Assembly: GCA_964533615.1 (NCBI GenBank) | Contig: CAZHMK010000001.1 | Location: 138,156-202,155, forward strand | Direction of reading: 5' to 3' | DNA from: an uncultured Eubacteriaceae bacterium | GTDB lineage: Bacteria; Bacillota; Clostridia; Eubacteriales; UBA1433 | Length of the DNA: 64,000 bases | Part shown: positions 55,500 to 64,000 of the stretch, in pieces | Position numbering within the stretch: the stretch's first letter is position 1 | How the letters are laid out: each line of letters begins with the position of its first letter | Notes under the pieces: generated by a model | What the model was told of the DNA's origin: nothing | Databases searched by the model: none | Seen by the model: the letters and a program-made list of their open reading frames with translations, nothing else | Made by a program: the position numbers and the translations under genes

Positions 55500-56759
55500 T
55501 TACTCAGCTACTGCGATATCTGCCCCCAGTGAATTTAATGTACCTTCTATGTTATCATAGCCTCTTTTTACAAAGTTCACGCCATATACTTCACTTTTTT
55601 CTTCTGCTTTTAATGCAGCTAAAATTAATGCCGCTCCAGCCCGCAAATCTTCTGCGTACACTTTCGCTCCGTGTAATTTTTTAACCCCTTTAATGACCGC
55701 ACTGTTTCCTTCTGTAATAATATCAGCTCCCATTTTCTGCAGTTGAGCAATATAGCGAAATCTATTTTCAAATATTGTTTCTTTTACTATACTGACTCCA
55801 TCTGCAATACAAAGCATCGTTATAATTTGCGGTTGCATATCTGTCGGGAACCCGGGATACGGCATCGTAGTAAGCCTGTCTATAGGCAAAACATTGCCAT
55901 CGGATTTTATCTTTACATTATTGTTTTTATTTTCTAGTATAGCTCCTGCTGATAACAGCACAGGATAAATCGCACCCAAATCTTCCTTATTGATTCCGCT
56001 TAACACTATCTCCCCGCCGGTCATATTGCAAGCCGCCATATACGTACCCGCAACTATTCTGTCTTTCATGATATAATATTCTGTATTCGCAAGCGTCGAG
56101 ACTCCTTCAATATAAATCGTATCTGTTCCGGCTCCACGCACCCTCGCTCCCATAGAATTTAAGTACCCCTGCAGATCAACTATCTCAGGTTCTTTTGCCG
56201 CATTTCTGATAATACATATCCCCTCTGCTTTAACAGCCGCCAAAATAATATTTTCTGTAGCGCCTACCGAGGGAAAATCAAGCGTTATGTCGGCTCCTTT
56301 AAGCCTTGATGCCTTACAGACAATATATCCGCACAATTCACTTATTTCAGCGCCCATTTGCCTCAATGCTTTTAGATGAATATCTATAGGACGTCTTCCG
56401 ATACTGCATCCTCCCGGATATGAGAAGATAACTTCTTCATTCTTGCTCAGTAAGGCCCCGAGCAAAATAATTGATGATCGCATAAATGATACCAATTCAT
56501 CATTTACATGTGTGTTATTTAATACGGAAGAATCAATCGTTACCGTACTACCTTCACTTTTAATTTTGCACCCCAATCCTTTGAGAATATCAAGCATTGT
56601 AGTAACATCCGTAATATGAGGAATATTATGTATAATATCGCAACCGTCATTCAAAATACTTGCCGCGAGTATCGGAAGAGCCGCATTTTTCGCACCTTGA
56701 ACATTCACAGTACCGTATAATTTGCGTCCACCATTGATTATATACCTTTGCATACGCAT
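55500..56759 (-). CDS. murA: UDP-N-acetylglucosamine 1-carboxyvinyltransferase
   Basis: GTVNVQGAKNAALPILAAS and the active-site loop PGGCSIGRRPID. Confidence 0.93.
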   Translation of the reverse strand: MRMQRYIINGGRKLYGTVNVQGAKNAALPILAASILNDGCDIIHNIPHITDVTTMLDILKGLGCKIKSEGSTVTIDSSVLNNTHVNDELVSFMRSSIILLGALLSKNEEVIFSYPGGCSIGRRPIDIHLKALRQMGAEISELCGYIVCKASRLKGADITLDFPSVGATENIILAAVKAEGICIIRNAAKEPEIVDLQGYLNSMGARVRGAGTDTIYIEGVSTLANTEYYIMKDRIVAGTYMAACNMTGGEIVLSGINKEDLGAIYPVLLSAGAILENKNNNVKIKSDGNVLPIDRLTTMPYPGFPTDMQPQIITMLCIADGVSIVKETIFENRFRYIAQLQKMGADIITEGNSAVIKGVKKLHGAKVYAEDLRAGAALILAALKAEEKSEVYGVNFVKRGYDNIEGTLNSLGADIAVAE

Positions 56760-56843
56760 CCTCCAAGTTTACAGGTCAATACTATATTATTCAATATTAT
56801 TGCAAAATGTGCATGCATATACTATGGCGATAATTATTGATAA

Positions 56844-57941
56844 TTAAATAATTTTAATAATCTCTCTATAAAAATTTTCCAATACATTCTCAGGTGCCGC
56901 ATTTTTGGCATTTACAGACATTTGTTGTAATTTTTTTTCATCAAAGATAATTCCCGATACTTTCTCATATAACCTATCCCCACTCAATTGATCATCTTCA
57001 ATCATAAGACCGCCACCATGTGAAGTAATATAGTTTATATTTTCTCTTTGATGATCGGCAGAAGCATATGGATATGGGATATAAATTCCCGGAGTTCCTG
57101 TAGTCATATTTTCAAAAAGCGTAGTCGCTCCTCCTCTGCAAATAACCAAATCACATGCATTCAACAAAACAGGCATATTATCAGCATAAGGAAGTAATTC
57201 GATATTTTTATAAATCTTCGTGCCTACGCTCTCTGTCACTTCGTCGTATTGTTTTCTTCCGGTTACAATAATTATTTTAATATCTGTAGAACTATGTAAT
57301 TTTTCTGCAAGTTCTATAGCCGCATTATTTATCTTTTTTGCTCCGAGACTGCCTCCTATGCAAAGAATTATTTTCTCGTTGTCTTTTATTCTTAAAGTTT
57401 TTCGTGCAATTTCCTTAGAGTATGCATCAAATTCTTTTCTTACAGGATTTCCAGTAAGAATTATTTTTTCATGCAATTTTCTAGAAAAATATTTTTTAGA
57501 ACTTTCAAAGCTAATTATAATTTTACTGGCAAAAGGAGCAACTGCTTTGATTGCTCTTCCCGGATATGCATTTTGTTCATGTACTATACTTGGTACTTTT
57601 TTAAGCCAACCGGCCCAAACCATAGATGCTGTGATAAAGCTGCCCATGCCGATGACGATATCCGGTTTAAACTCATTGATAATTTTAAAAGCATCACTGA
57701 GCCCTGTAAATATTTCAAAAAATGCTTTTACTTTTAGTTTTAGTGAATACTTCTCAAATCCAGCTGCTTTTATATGGTTTACCTTATAGCCTTCAAGGGG
57801 CACAACCCTGTCTTCCATGCAGCCTTCTACTCCCACAAACTCAATGACAGCATTTTTATTTTTTAACCTTATCTCATTTGCAATTGCAATTCCAGGATAA
57901 ATATGCCCGCCTGTTATCCCCGCTACAACTAAAACTCTCAT
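56844..57941 (-). CDS. murG: Undecaprenyldiphospho-muramoylpentapeptide beta-N-acetylglucosaminyltransferase
   Basis: AGITGGHIYPGIAIA N-terminus and the C-terminal GGATTLFE region. Confidence 0.92.
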   Translation of the reverse strand: MRVLVVAGITGGHIYPGIAIANEIRLKNKNAVIEFVGVEGCMEDRVVPLEGYKVNHIKAAGFEKYSLKLKVKAFFEIFTGLSDAFKIINEFKPDIVIGMGSFITASMVWAGWLKKVPSIVHEQNAYPGRAIKAVAPFASKIIISFESSKKYFSRKLHEKIILTGNPVRKEFDAYSKEIARKTLRIKDNEKIILCIGGSLGAKKINNAAIELAEKLHSSTDIKIIIVTGRKQYDEVTESVGTKIYKNIELLPYADNMPVLLNACDLVICRGGATTLFENMTTGTPGIYIPYPYASADHQRENINYITSHGGGLMIEDDQLSGDRLYEKVSGIIFDEKKLQQMSVNAKNAAPENVLENFYREIIKII

Positions 57942-57953
57942 TCATAGTCCTCC

Positions 57954-59057
57954 TTATGTTGAATTGGCATATTTAGATATATTCAATAATATACCAATCG
58001 CGATTAAATTTGCGAGCAGAGATGTGCCTCCATAACTCAAAAATGGCAGAGGCATGCCTGTTGAAGGGATGCTGTTTGTTACGACTGCTACGTTAATCAT
58101 TACCTGCATGCCAATCATTATCATGAACCCACTAGCAAGCAGAGATCCGAATCTGTCTTTCGTATTGATTGCAACTCTTATGCCTCTCAGCAATAAATAC
58201 ATAAAGGCAAACATAACCAACAGTGTACCGATTAATCCAAGTTCTTCTCCAATATGTGCCAAAATATAATCATTTTCAGCTTCAGGCATAAAAAGCAATT
58301 TCTGTTTTCCATTTCCAAGCCCCTGTCCGAACACTCCTCCGGAACCCAATGCCATTAAAGACTGAATAATCTGCCACCCTTCTTCAAGCCTGTATGCCCA
58401 TGGATCAAACATTGCATTGATTCTTCCCATTCGCCATCCGACTTGGGTCATCAAAAAAATCACGCCTGCAATTCCTATTCCACCCAAAATGAAAATATAT
58501 TTTAAATTAACTCCGGCTACGAACATCATTCCAAATATAATACATACAATAACGATTGCCGTACTTAAATTCGGTTCCAAATAAATAAGTCCACCAATTA
58601 TTACTGCAAGAATCAAATAAGGTAAAATTCCGTATCTAAATGTTCTGATTTTGTCTTTACAGTTTTCCAGTGAGTGTGCCATATATAAAATAACAGCAAG
58701 TTTAACAACCTCTGATGGCTGAAATAATGTAAATCCTAGATTAATCCATCTTCTTGCATCATTCAGTTCCACTCCGATCCCCGGAATAAACACAGCTATC
58801 AACAGTAACAGAGAGATGATAATCCCTAAATTTGCAAAGCGCCTGTAAAAGGTGTAATGAATGTTGGAACAAATCAACATAGCCACAATCCCGATAATTG
58901 CAGCTACCAATTGCTCTTTAAAATAATAATATTCGTTTCCAAGCTCAACACTTGATGAATACATACTGGCCGAGAAAATCATCACCACGCCAAAGCATGT
59001 AAGCGCAAGTGTCACCAGTAAAATATTAATATCCCATTTTCCTTTTTCCAACGCCAT
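57954..59057 (-). CDS. ftsW: SEDS-family peptidoglycan glycosyltransferase FtsW/SpoVE
   Basis: 367 aa, 10 TM. RWINLG...FQPSE, PEAENDYI and LPFLSYGGTS motifs. Confidence 0.9.
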   Translation of the reverse strand: MALEKGKWDINILLVTLALTCFGVVMIFSASMYSSSVELGNEYYYFKEQLVAAIIGIVAMLICSNIHYTFYRRFANLGIIISLLLLIAVFIPGIGVELNDARRWINLGFTLFQPSEVVKLAVILYMAHSLENCKDKIRTFRYGILPYLILAVIIGGLIYLEPNLSTAIVIVCIIFGMMFVAGVNLKYIFILGGIGIAGVIFLMTQVGWRMGRINAMFDPWAYRLEEGWQIIQSLMALGSGGVFGQGLGNGKQKLLFMPEAENDYILAHIGEELGLIGTLLVMFAFMYLLLRGIRVAINTKDRFGSLLASGFMIMIGMQVMINVAVVTNSIPSTGMPLPFLSYGGTSLLANLIAIGILLNISKYANST

Positions 59058-59059
59058 TC

Positions 59060-60436
59060 TTAAACCTCTTTTACTAATTGTTTAAAGAATTCTCCTCTAT
59101 CTTCAAACGAAGCAAACATATCCCAGCTTGCGCACGATGGCGAAAGCAGTACACAGTCTCCTTTACGTGCCAGCCTCTTACATAAAGCTATAGCTTCCTT
59201 ATAATTTTCTACAGCAAAATATGAATAGTATCCATATTTTTCTAACATCCCGATTATTTTTTGTTTTGTTTGCCCCAATACTACTATATGCACAACCTTA
59301 TCCTTTATGTATTCAATCAGATCGTCATACTCCGAACCTTTATCATATCCGCCTAAAATTAATATTGTCGGTTTACTCATCGCTTTTAATGCAATCACAG
59401 TGGCATCGGTATTCGTTCCCTTGCTATCATTTATGTATTCTACTCCATATTTTGTGTCGACATATTCTATTCTATGTTCAACGCCACCAAAATTCTTAAT
59501 TGTACTGCTAATAATTTCGTCAGGAATATTGTATGCATATGCTGCAGCCGCAGCGCACAATGCATTCGCCACGTTATGCATACCTGGAATTTTTAAATCA
59601 CTTTTATTGAGCAAAAATATATCTTTTCCTTTATCCGACAAATACAAACCTTCATTTTCCTTATTATAATACGCCCCGTCATCTACTTTATTTTCTATGC
59701 TGAACATCAAACTTCTGCATTTTGCATTCTCAACTGCTTTTTTGGTAAATTCATCATCAGCATTTACAATGAATGTATCTGTTTCATCTTGGTTTATGAA
59801 TATTTTATATTTTACACGAACGTATTCTTCAAAAGATCCATGTCGATCCAAATGATCCGGTGTGATATTTGTTATAATAGATATTTTAGGCTTAAAAATC
59901 TGACAAAATTCCAATTGATAACTGCTAATCTCTGCTACAAATACTCCATTTTCATCAATATCATCTACTGACGATATAAACGGATAGCCGATATTTCCGA
60001 CTACTTTTGTATTCAATCCTGCATTTTTGCATAGTTCTCCCATTAAAGTCGTGGTTGTCGTTTTGCCATTTGTGCCTGTAATAGCTATAACATCAACCTT
60101 CGTAAGGGAATATGCAAATTCAAATTCTGTCATCACAGGAATATTGCCTTCCCTAGCCCAGATAACTAATTTGTTGGAAGGTGGGACAGACGGACTCAAA
60201 ATAAGCATATCTATCTGCTGTAATTTATCTTTATTGATTTCTTGGTTAAAAATGAACTCTACATGATCGTTTTTAATCAATTCAGAATATTTCAGCTCAT
60301 CAGAAATACAGTTTTCTTGCTTTTTTTCATCATATAAAATGATCTTCTTTGCTCTATGCTTAAGTAAATATTCAACAGCGGCAATTCCACTTCTCGCCGC
60401 ACCTATCACTAAAAAAGTTTTGTTTTCTATCTTCAT
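59060..60436 (-). CDS. murD: UDP-N-acetylmuramoylalanine--D-glutamate ligase
   Basis: GAARSG N-terminus, GTNGKTTTT P-loop, and Mur ligase C-domain. Confidence 0.92.
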   Translation of the reverse strand: MKIENKTFLVIGAARSGIAAVEYLLKHRAKKIILYDEKKQENCISDELKYSELIKNDHVEFIFNQEINKDKLQQIDMLILSPSVPPSNKLVIWAREGNIPVMTEFEFAYSLTKVDVIAITGTNGKTTTTTLMGELCKNAGLNTKVVGNIGYPFISSVDDIDENGVFVAEISSYQLEFCQIFKPKISIITNITPDHLDRHGSFEEYVRVKYKIFINQDETDTFIVNADDEFTKKAVENAKCRSLMFSIENKVDDGAYYNKENEGLYLSDKGKDIFLLNKSDLKIPGMHNVANALCAAAAAYAYNIPDEIISSTIKNFGGVEHRIEYVDTKYGVEYINDSKGTNTDATVIALKAMSKPTILILGGYDKGSEYDDLIEYIKDKVVHIVVLGQTKQKIIGMLEKYGYYSYFAVENYKEAIALCKRLARKGDCVLLSPSCASWDMFASFEDRGEFFKQLVKEV

Positions 60437-60448
60437 TTCTCTAGCTCC

Positions 60449-61429
60449 TTATAAAACTGGAAGTGTAAATAATGCAAATATACTGGTAACAAATGTAATA
60501 AATGTAAATAAAGCCACAATCTTTTTCTCACTCATTCCGCTTAACTCAAAATGATGATGAATAGGTGCCATCTTAAATATTCTCCTGCCGTATCCTTTTT
60601 TTATACGAGTATATTTAAAATAACTTACTTGTAATACCACAGATAAAGCTTCAATGACATAAATAATACCTACTAAAAAAATATAAATCTGTAGTTTGGT
60701 CATTACGGCAATCAGAATAACCGCCCCTCCTAAAGCCATTGAACCTGTATCTCCCATAAAAACTTTTGCGGGATAATGATTAAAAACCAAAAAACCGAGA
60801 CAAGCGCCAAGCACAGCAGATGCAAAAACAGCTGTTTGTATGTAGCCGAAAGAAAGGGCTGCAACTGTAAAAAAAGCAAAAACAACAGCGCTAACGCTGG
60901 AGGCCAGTCCATCTAATCCATCTGTAAAATTAACCGCATTGACAACTGCAAGGATTGCAAAAATAGTAAACGGATAATAAAGCCAGCCAAAATTAATGAC
61001 ATCATTATAAAAAGGAATATACAAATAAGTACCGACGTCGGGATGATTGCCTGCATAAACAACTAAAATAATCGCCCCAATAAATTGAAGAATTAACTTT
61101 TGTTTTTGGTTAAGCCCTAAATTTCTTTTTTTTACTACTTTTATATAATCATCAATAAACCCAATCAAGGCAAAAAACAAAAATACTACACCTAGTATCG
61201 CCGTATTTATCTTGAAAAACAAGGTACATATAATCAGCGTAAGAATGACACCACCTATAATTGCAATACCACCCATTGTAGGTGTTCCAGCTTTGCCTGA
61301 ATGCCAATTAGGTCCTATTTCTAAAATACTTTGTCCAAATTTTATTTTTCTTAAAAAAGGTATGAGCCAAACTGAAATAAAACACACAGTTATAAATGAC
61401 ACTATCGTTGAAATAATTGCTATTCTCAT
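60449..61429 (-). CDS. mraY: Phospho-N-acetylmuramoyl-pentapeptide transferase
   Basis: TPTMGG, NFTDGLDGLA, GDTGSMALGG and PIHHHFE motifs. Confidence 0.95.
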   Translation of the reverse strand: MRIAIISTIVSFITVCFISVWLIPFLRKIKFGQSILEIGPNWHSGKAGTPTMGGIAIIGGVILTLIICTLFFKINTAILGVVFLFFALIGFIDDYIKVVKKRNLGLNQKQKLILQFIGAIILVVYAGNHPDVGTYLYIPFYNDVINFGWLYYPFTIFAILAVVNAVNFTDGLDGLASSVSAVVFAFFTVAALSFGYIQTAVFASAVLGACLGFLVFNHYPAKVFMGDTGSMALGGAVILIAVMTKLQIYIFLVGIIYVIEALSVVLQVSYFKYTRIKKGYGRRIFKMAPIHHHFELSGMSEKKIVALFTFITFVTSIFALFTLPVL

Positions 61430-61430
61430 T

Positions 61431-62789
61431 TTAATTCTCCTGTAAAGTCAAGATATCAATGATAGATTCCAGCTTCATTCCGCGTGATCCTTTAAATAAA
61501 ATCAAATCTCCGTCTTTGAGTATTGATTTTAAATAATCAGCCGCACATATATTATTATAAAAATGTACTGTGTTTTTCATACCTGACTCTGCTGCTTTTT
61601 TACTGATATGTTTAGCTTGATTTCCTATCGTTACTAAAATATCTATACCATATATCCGAGCACATTCTCCCAACTCTTCATGTAATATTTGAGAATATTC
61701 TCCAAGCTCCAGCATGTCTGCAAGAACAGCTATTTTTCTGCCGCTACATTGCATCTTGTGAAGCACGTCTAATGCAGCTTTTGCCGCATGTGGATTTGAA
61801 TTATATACATCATTGATAATCGTTATTCCATCATGCTCTGTGATATCCATTCTATTTTTACTGGGAATAAAATGATCAAATCCCCTTTGTATTTCTTCAC
61901 GGCTCAGACCAAATAACCTTGCTAATATAATAGCATATAAGCAATTATATATATTATGCTTTCCAATCAAAGGAAATGTATAGTTTTCATTATTTACTTT
62001 AAAATTAATTTTGTTATTTTTTTCAATAATATCTTCGGCTTTAATATCACCATTCTGAATACCAATTTTATAAATTTTAAAAAGATTAGAATCAACGCCT
62101 TTTAAATAATCATCATCTCCGTTGATAATAGCTACATTCTCATGATTAAAAAAGGAGGTTATTTCCAATTTTGCCTTTAAAATATTTTCTCTCGTTTTCA
62201 GATATTCAATATGCGAGTAACCTATATTAGTAATAACAGCAACATCGGGATTGATACGCATTACCATATTATAAATTTCGCCGGCATTGCTCATGCCTAT
62301 TTCTATTACTGCCATTTCATGATTTTTATTTAGATTAAAAATACTTAGCGGCATCCCCGTCTGATTATTTAAATTCCCCTGTGTTTTCAATACAGAATAT
62401 TTTTCACTTAAAACAGATGCAATAATATCTTTTGTCGTTGTTTTTCCGCAGCTTCCCGTTACCGCAATAAGAGGAATTGAAAACAGTTTCCTATAATAGC
62501 CCGCCAAATCCAACAGGGCATCTGTTGTATTTTTTACTTTTATAACGGCAATATCAATACCATCTATTTCTATATCATTATGTATTACAATAGCTGCTGC
62601 ATTATTCTTAATTACCTGATTAATGTAAAAGTGCCCGTCTGTGTTATCACCTTTTATAGCAAAAAAAACAGCTTGGCTACCATTTTGTCTGCTGTCAATA
62701 ATTACATTGGATATTTCAGTATTCGCATCACCTTGGAGCATTGTACCATTAACTGCTCTCGTCAGGCTTTTTAGTGTCATTAATTCCAT
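61431..62789 (-). CDS. murF: UDP-N-acetylmuramoyl-tripeptide--D-alanyl-D-alanine ligase
   Basis: I chose the ATG at 62789 (MELMTLKSL) with GAGGT upstream. The ORF is open to 62837. GSCGKTTTKD P-loop. Overlaps the murE 3' end. Confidence 0.9.
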   Translation of the reverse strand: MELMTLKSLTRAVNGTMLQGDANTEISNVIIDSRQNGSQAVFFAIKGDNTDGHFYINQVIKNNAAAIVIHNDIEIDGIDIAVIKVKNTTDALLDLAGYYRKLFSIPLIAVTGSCGKTTTKDIIASVLSEKYSVLKTQGNLNNQTGMPLSIFNLNKNHEMAVIEIGMSNAGEIYNMVMRINPDVAVITNIGYSHIEYLKTRENILKAKLEITSFFNHENVAIINGDDDYLKGVDSNLFKIYKIGIQNGDIKAEDIIEKNNKINFKVNNENYTFPLIGKHNIYNCLYAIILARLFGLSREEIQRGFDHFIPSKNRMDITEHDGITIINDVYNSNPHAAKAALDVLHKMQCSGRKIAVLADMLELGEYSQILHEELGECARIYGIDILVTIGNQAKHISKKAAESGMKNTVHFYNNICAADYLKSILKDGDLILFKGSRGMKLESIIDILTLQEN

Positions 62790-64000
62790 TTCTACCTCGC
62801 GCTGATAATATTTCGTTGATAATACTCTTTTCGTCAAAAGGAATGTATTCGTCGTTTATAATTTGATATTTCTCATGTCCTTTACCTAAAATTATAATCG
62901 TATCATTTTCATCCGCAATATCTAAAGCAAATTTAATAGCTTCTTTCCGATTTTGTATTATAGCATAATTTTTATTATCAATACCACTAATTATATCACT
63001 GATTATAGATAATGAATTTTCTTTTCTTGGGTTATCATCTGTAATTATACAAATATCTGATAATTCTGATACACATTTTCCAATATTGGGCCGGTTTGTT
63101 TTATCTCTTTCTCCCCCGCATCCGAAAACAGAGATGACTCTGCCGATGCTGTTTCTTTTTACATTTTGTAACACTGTATGATAGGCTTTAATTGTATGCG
63201 CATAATCAATAATAATATTCAGTTCACAGTCATTTTTAATTTTTTGCATTCTGCCGTTTGGCAAAATAGCATGTTGAACTATCTTTGCCATTTGGCCTAT
63301 ATCATATCCTTCCTGATGAGCTAAAATGGCTGCAACGCTACTATTATATACCCAAGCCTCAGAAGGAATATTTATTTTAAAATCATACTTGTTTTTAAAA
63401 TAAACAATATCATATTCAATCGAAGAACTGTCTTCGTAATTAATATTTATTTCATAATCAGCATGATTATAAATGGCATAGGTAATAATATTTTTATTTT
63501 TTGCTTTTAATTGTTTTATTAATCTTCTACCATAAATATCATCTGCATTTATAATGCATGTATCACATTTTTCTAATATTGATGCTTTTGCGAAATAGTA
63601 TTTTTCCATATTATCATAAAAATCTAAATGCTCGGGTGATAGGTTGGTAAATATTCCATATTTAAAATGCAAATTATCAATTCTGTGCAAAGTAAGCGCC
63701 TGAGCCGAAGCTTCAAGAATGGCGGCGCTGCAATTTTCCTCAGTAGACTTTTTAATAAATTTATGAATTTGCAATGCATCCGGCGTTGTATTAAAATTAT
63801 CATTTATTTTTTGATTGCCCATATACATACCCGTGCTTGCCGACATAGAACATTTCGATTTGCTGTTTAACAAATAGCTTACAATGCTGGCCGTACTGCT
63901 TTTGCCATTTGTGCCTGTTATGCATACGATAAATAATTTTTTTAAATTATCCTCTGTATGATAAAAATTGCTTGCTATTTTCGATAAGTCTTTTCGGGTA
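62749..64000 (-). CDS. murE: UDP-N-acetylmuramoyl-L-alanyl-D-glutamate--2,6-diaminopimelate ligase (5' end beyond the window)
   Basis: The frame stays open past the listed Met to the window edge and encodes the P-loop ITGTNGKSST (about 63900-63930). The DDNPRKE (DNPR) motif indicates meso-DAP specificity, which is consistent with lysA in the same window. Confidence 0.9.
   Translation of the reverse strand, partial: TRKDLSKIASNFYHTEDNLKKLFIVCITGTNGKSSTASIVSYLLNSKSKCSMSASTGMYMGNQKINDNFNTTPDALQIHKFIKKSTEENCSAAILEASAQALTLHRIDNLHFKYGIFTNLSPEHLDFYDNMEKYYFAKASILEKCDTCIINADDIYGRRLIKQLKAKNKNIITYAIYNHADYEININYEDSSSIEYDIVYFKNKYDFKINIPSEAWVYNSSVAAILAHQEGYDIGQMAKIVQHAILPNGRMQKIKNDCELNIIIDYAHTIKAYHTVLQNVKRNSIGRVISVFGCGGERDKTNRPNIGKCVSELSDICIITDDNPRKENSLSIISDIISGIDNKNYAIIQNRKEAIKFALDIADENDTIIILGKGHEKYQIINDEYIPFDEKSIINEILSARGRNGINDTKKPDESS

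Noticed and set aside
57220-57789. 189-aa and 88-aa plus-strand ORFs inside murG.
   Set aside because: They are antisense to murG, with a hydrophobic low-complexity translation and no start context.
61431-62837. Full-length 468-aa murF ORF starting at 62837.
   Set aside because: That start would overlap murE by 89 nt and lacks an RBS. The ATG at 62789 has GAGGT upstream and gives an N-terminus of normal length.

Overview
This is a chromosomal segment from a low-GC, AT-rich Firmicute. Gene order and sporulation-type genes look Clostridia-like, and the standard bacterial code applies (TGA is used as a stop, e.g. at 14668-14670). Most protein genes lie on the minus strand in long, tightly packed operons with frequent start/stop overlaps. 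Content is mostly housekeeping:
- nusB and two tandem Hsp20 genes.
- A mutS2 / PBP5-type carboxypeptidase / M16 peptidase / rarA / ltaE gene train.
- A DUF421-DUF4363 pair, azlCD, scpAB, an M50 protease and lysA.
- A four-subunit 2-oxoacid:ferredoxin oxidoreductase headed by a P-loop NTPase, then murJ.
- The recN-argR-nadK-tlyA-ispA-xseB-xseA-mtaB-rsmE-prmA block, and ireB-alaS.
- An EamA transporter, two beta-CASP RNases (one is RNase J), ylbF-family, DUF1292, ruvX and rsmG.
- spoIIAA-spoIIAB, thiI plus a cysteine desulfurase, efp, and a pro-sigma K/E-type sigma factor.
- A dcw cluster: murE (partial)-murF-mraY-murD-ftsW-murG-murA-ftsQ-ftsZ.

There are two tRNA genes (CAU and Pro-UGG). I found no rRNA, no CRISPR array and no intact mobile element.

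Two patches look accessory:
- 11.7-13.9 kb: a very AT-rich gene for an Eco57I/TaqI-like DNA methyltransferase homologue whose catalytic NPPY motif is replaced, plus a 68-aa membrane protein. Both are wedged at the head of a repair/housekeeping operon.
- 38.9-40.6 kb: a decayed integrative-element remnant next to the tRNA genes, with a 5'-truncated tyrosine recombinase and a gene broken by in-frame stops and a frameshift.

I do not see a convincing complete, new multi-gene system. The observations most worth follow-up are the motif-IV-less methyltransferase module, and the rearranged sporulation sigma circuitry: spoIIAA-spoIIAB with no sigF, a pro-sigma directly after ftsZ with no spoIIGA or sigG, and no ftsA. 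All product calls come from motif and family recognition by eye. No database search was run.
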